Assembly: GCA_964454165.1 (NCBI GenBank)
Contig: CAYVQJ010000100.1
Location: 7,594-71,593, forward strand
Direction: 5' to 3'
Source: an uncultured Myxococcales bacterium
Lineage (GTDB): Bacteria; Myxococcota_A; UBA9160; SZUA-336
DNA length: 64,000 nucleotides
Positions 62,310-64,000 of the stretch are shown piece after piece. A program made the translations under genes and the position numbers. The stretch's first letter is position 1, and the number at the start of each line of letters is the position of its first letter. The notes under the pieces are model-generated. The model worked only from the letters and a program-made list of their open reading frames with translations, was not told the origin of the DNA and did no database searches.

Positions 62310-63610
62310 AGCGCGCCGACGCGTGGGTGCTGACCATCGGCGACGAGCTCCTGCGGGGGGAGATCGTCGACTCCAACAAATCCTTCCTCTCCGAGCGCCT
62401 GCTCCGCCTCGATCTCGTCTGCGAGCGCCACGCGAGCGTGCCCGACGATCCCGAGGCGATCGCGGAGGTCCTGCGCGACGCCGCGGCCCGCGCGCGCGTG
62501 GTGCTGGTCTCGGGCGGGCTCGGCCCGACGCGCGACGACATCACGACCGAGGTCGCCGCACGGACCTTCGACCGCAGGCTCGTGCGCGACGCGGAGAGCC
62601 TCGAGCGGCTACGCGCCTTCTTCGCGTCTGTCGGTCGCGAGATGAGCGACAACAACGCCAAGCAGGCCGACTTCCCGGAAGGCGCGGAGATCCTGCCGAA
62701 CCCGCTCGGGACCGCGCCGGGCTTTACCCTCGAGGCCGAGGGCGCACGCCTCTATTTCATGCCCGGCGTCCCTCGCGAGCTCTATCGCATGGTCGACGAG
62801 GAGGTGCTGCCCCGGATCGAGCGCTGCCTCGGGCGCGGCGGCGCGGTGCGCGCACGCTTGCTGCGCACGTTCGGCCTCGGCGAGTCGGTCCTGGACCGCG
62901 AGCTCGCGGACCTGGCGCGCGGCGACGCCGACGTGACGCTCGGCTTCCGCACGCAGTTCCCCGACAACCTGGTGCGCGTCGTCGTGCGCGCGGCGGACGC
63001 CGGCGCGGCCGAGGCCCGGCTCGACGCGCTCGTCGCGGAGGTGCGTCGGCGTCTGGGCGACGTCGTCGTCGGCGAGGGCGAACGGCCGCTGCCAGAGATC
63101 GTGGGAACGCTCCTGCTCGAACACAAGCGCACTCTCGCGCTCGCGGAGTCGTGTACGGGCGGCCTGCTCGCGAGCCGGCTCACCGACGTGCCGGGTAGCT
63201 CCGGCTACCTGCTCGAGGCCGCGGTGACGTACTCGAACCGCGCCAAAGTGCGCGCGCTCGGCGTGTCGGCCGCGGATCTCGCAGCGCACGGCTCGGTCTC
63301 CGAGCCCGTCGCGCGCCAGATGGCCGAGGGTGTGCGCGAGCGCGCCGGCGCGGACATCGGGATGGGGATCACGGGCATCGCCGGGCCCGGCGGCGGCACA
63401 GCGGACAAGCCCGTTGGCACCGTCTACATCGCCTACGCCGACGGCTCGGGGACCGAGGCGCGCCGCTACCAGCTCATGCGCGAGCGGGCTCGCAACAAGG
63501 AGCTCACCACGCAGATCGCGCTCGACTGGATCCGACGCCGCCTGCTTGGGCTGGCGGTCCCGGCCGAGAGCTTCCCGCGGCTTCGCGCTGCGCCGGGGCG
63601 GACGTCTTGA
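62306..63610 (+). CDS. cinA: CinA-family protein (MoCF-like domain + nicotinamide-nucleotide amidohydrolase PncC domain)
   Basis: LTIGDELLRGEIVDSN, SGGLGPTRDDIT, ESCTGGLLASRLTDVPGSS, ITGIAGPGGG. Confidence 0.85.
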   Translation: MKRADAWVLTIGDELLRGEIVDSNKSFLSERLLRLDLVCERHASVPDDPEAIAEVLRDAAARARVVLVSGGLGPTRDDITTEVAARTFDRRLVRDAESLERLRAFFASVGREMSDNNAKQADFPEGAEILPNPLGTAPGFTLEAEGARLYFMPGVPRELYRMVDEEVLPRIERCLGRGGAVRARLLRTFGLGESVLDRELADLARGDADVTLGFRTQFPDNLVRVVVRAADAGAAEARLDALVAEVRRRLGDVVVGEGERPLPEIVGTLLLEHKRTLALAESCTGGLLASRLTDVPGSSGYLLEAAVTYSNRAKVRALGVSAADLAAHGSVSEPVARQMAEGVRERAGADIGMGITGIAGPGGGTADKPVGTVYIAYADGSGTEARRYQLMRERARNKELTTQIALDWIRRRLLGLAVPAESFPRLRAAPGRTS

Positions 63611-64000
63611 GCGAGTCGCTGCGCGCGTTCTTTGCGGCGGAGCTTCCGTCCGCGACGCGCGCGCAAGCCCAGCGCGCGCTCGAGTCGCTGCGCCAGACGG
63701 CGCCCGGCGCGGTGCGCTGGGAAGACCCCGAGAAGCTCCACGTCACGCTCAAGTTCCTGGGCAGCGTGCCGGCGGATCGGATCGAGCGGCTCGCTGCGAG
63801 CGCGCTCGCGAAGCTTGCGCGCGTCGGCCGCTTCGAGGTGGGGCTCGCTGGCTTCGGCGCGTTCCCGAACGCGCGCGCCGCCCGCGTGCTCTGGCTCGGC
63901 ACGGGCGCCGGCGCCACGGCGCTCGCGCGGGTCGCGCGCAAGCTCGATGGCGCGGCGGCCCGGATCGGCGTGCCGCGCGAGAAGCGGCCTTTCCACGCGC
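63607..64000 (+). CDS. thpR: RNA 2',3'-cyclic phosphodiesterase (2H family, LigT/ThpR); 3' end outside window
   Basis: The TTG overlaps the cinA stop. LRAFFA, first HxTx motif LHVTLKFLG, and the second-motif context ..RPFHA at the window edge. Confidence 0.7.
   Translation, partial: MSESLRAFFAAELPSATRAQAQRALESLRQTAPGAVRWEDPEKLHVTLKFLGSVPADRIERLAASALAKLARVGRFEVGLAGFGAFPNARAARVLWLGTGAGATALARVARKLDGAAARIGVPREKRPFHA

Overview
This is a high-GC chromosomal window: hand-counted 60-nt lines give about 70-72% GC in ordinary genes. It is densely coding on both strands. I can support about 58 protein-coding genes and 4-5 gene remnants. I saw no rRNA, tRNA, CRISPR array, transposase or integrase. The housekeeping genes (lgt, lolA, mreB, mltG, ruvX, ftsK, ssb, cca, moaC, nrdJ, pgpA-cinA-thpR) point to a diderm host.

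Left ~9 kb: this part looks accessory and decaying. It holds a frameshifted, truncated beta-lactamase-family gene next to a collapsed second copy. It also holds a nucleotidyltransferase TA-like remnant and a truncated FAD-oxidoreductase. A ~1.2 kb low-GC single-gene island encodes an HExxH (ImmA/IrrE-like) region fused to a C-terminal HicA-like toxin domain, with no HicB partner. This island is my top candidate for something undescribed.

Middle: an HACL/Oxc-like TPP enzyme and frc, a non-canonical arginine-succinyltransferase (AST) operon, and F420-related genes. Also an esterase / beta-helix / SUKH cluster, a cyclase-hydrolase fusion, a MutS-related ATPase, B12-dependent RNR, alkaline phosphatase and ETF-QO.

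Right: a complete, compact Pup-proteasome operon (mpa/arc-dop-pup-prcB-prcA-pafA) plus a translationally coupled small membrane ORF. It is preceded by a 555-nt lower-GC gap containing a strong sigma70-like promoter.

A GC-rich intergenic repeat family occurs at 5 or more loci, including a 75-bp-period tandem pair.

All functional calls come from motif recognition by eye. Start codons are approximate, and no database search was possible.
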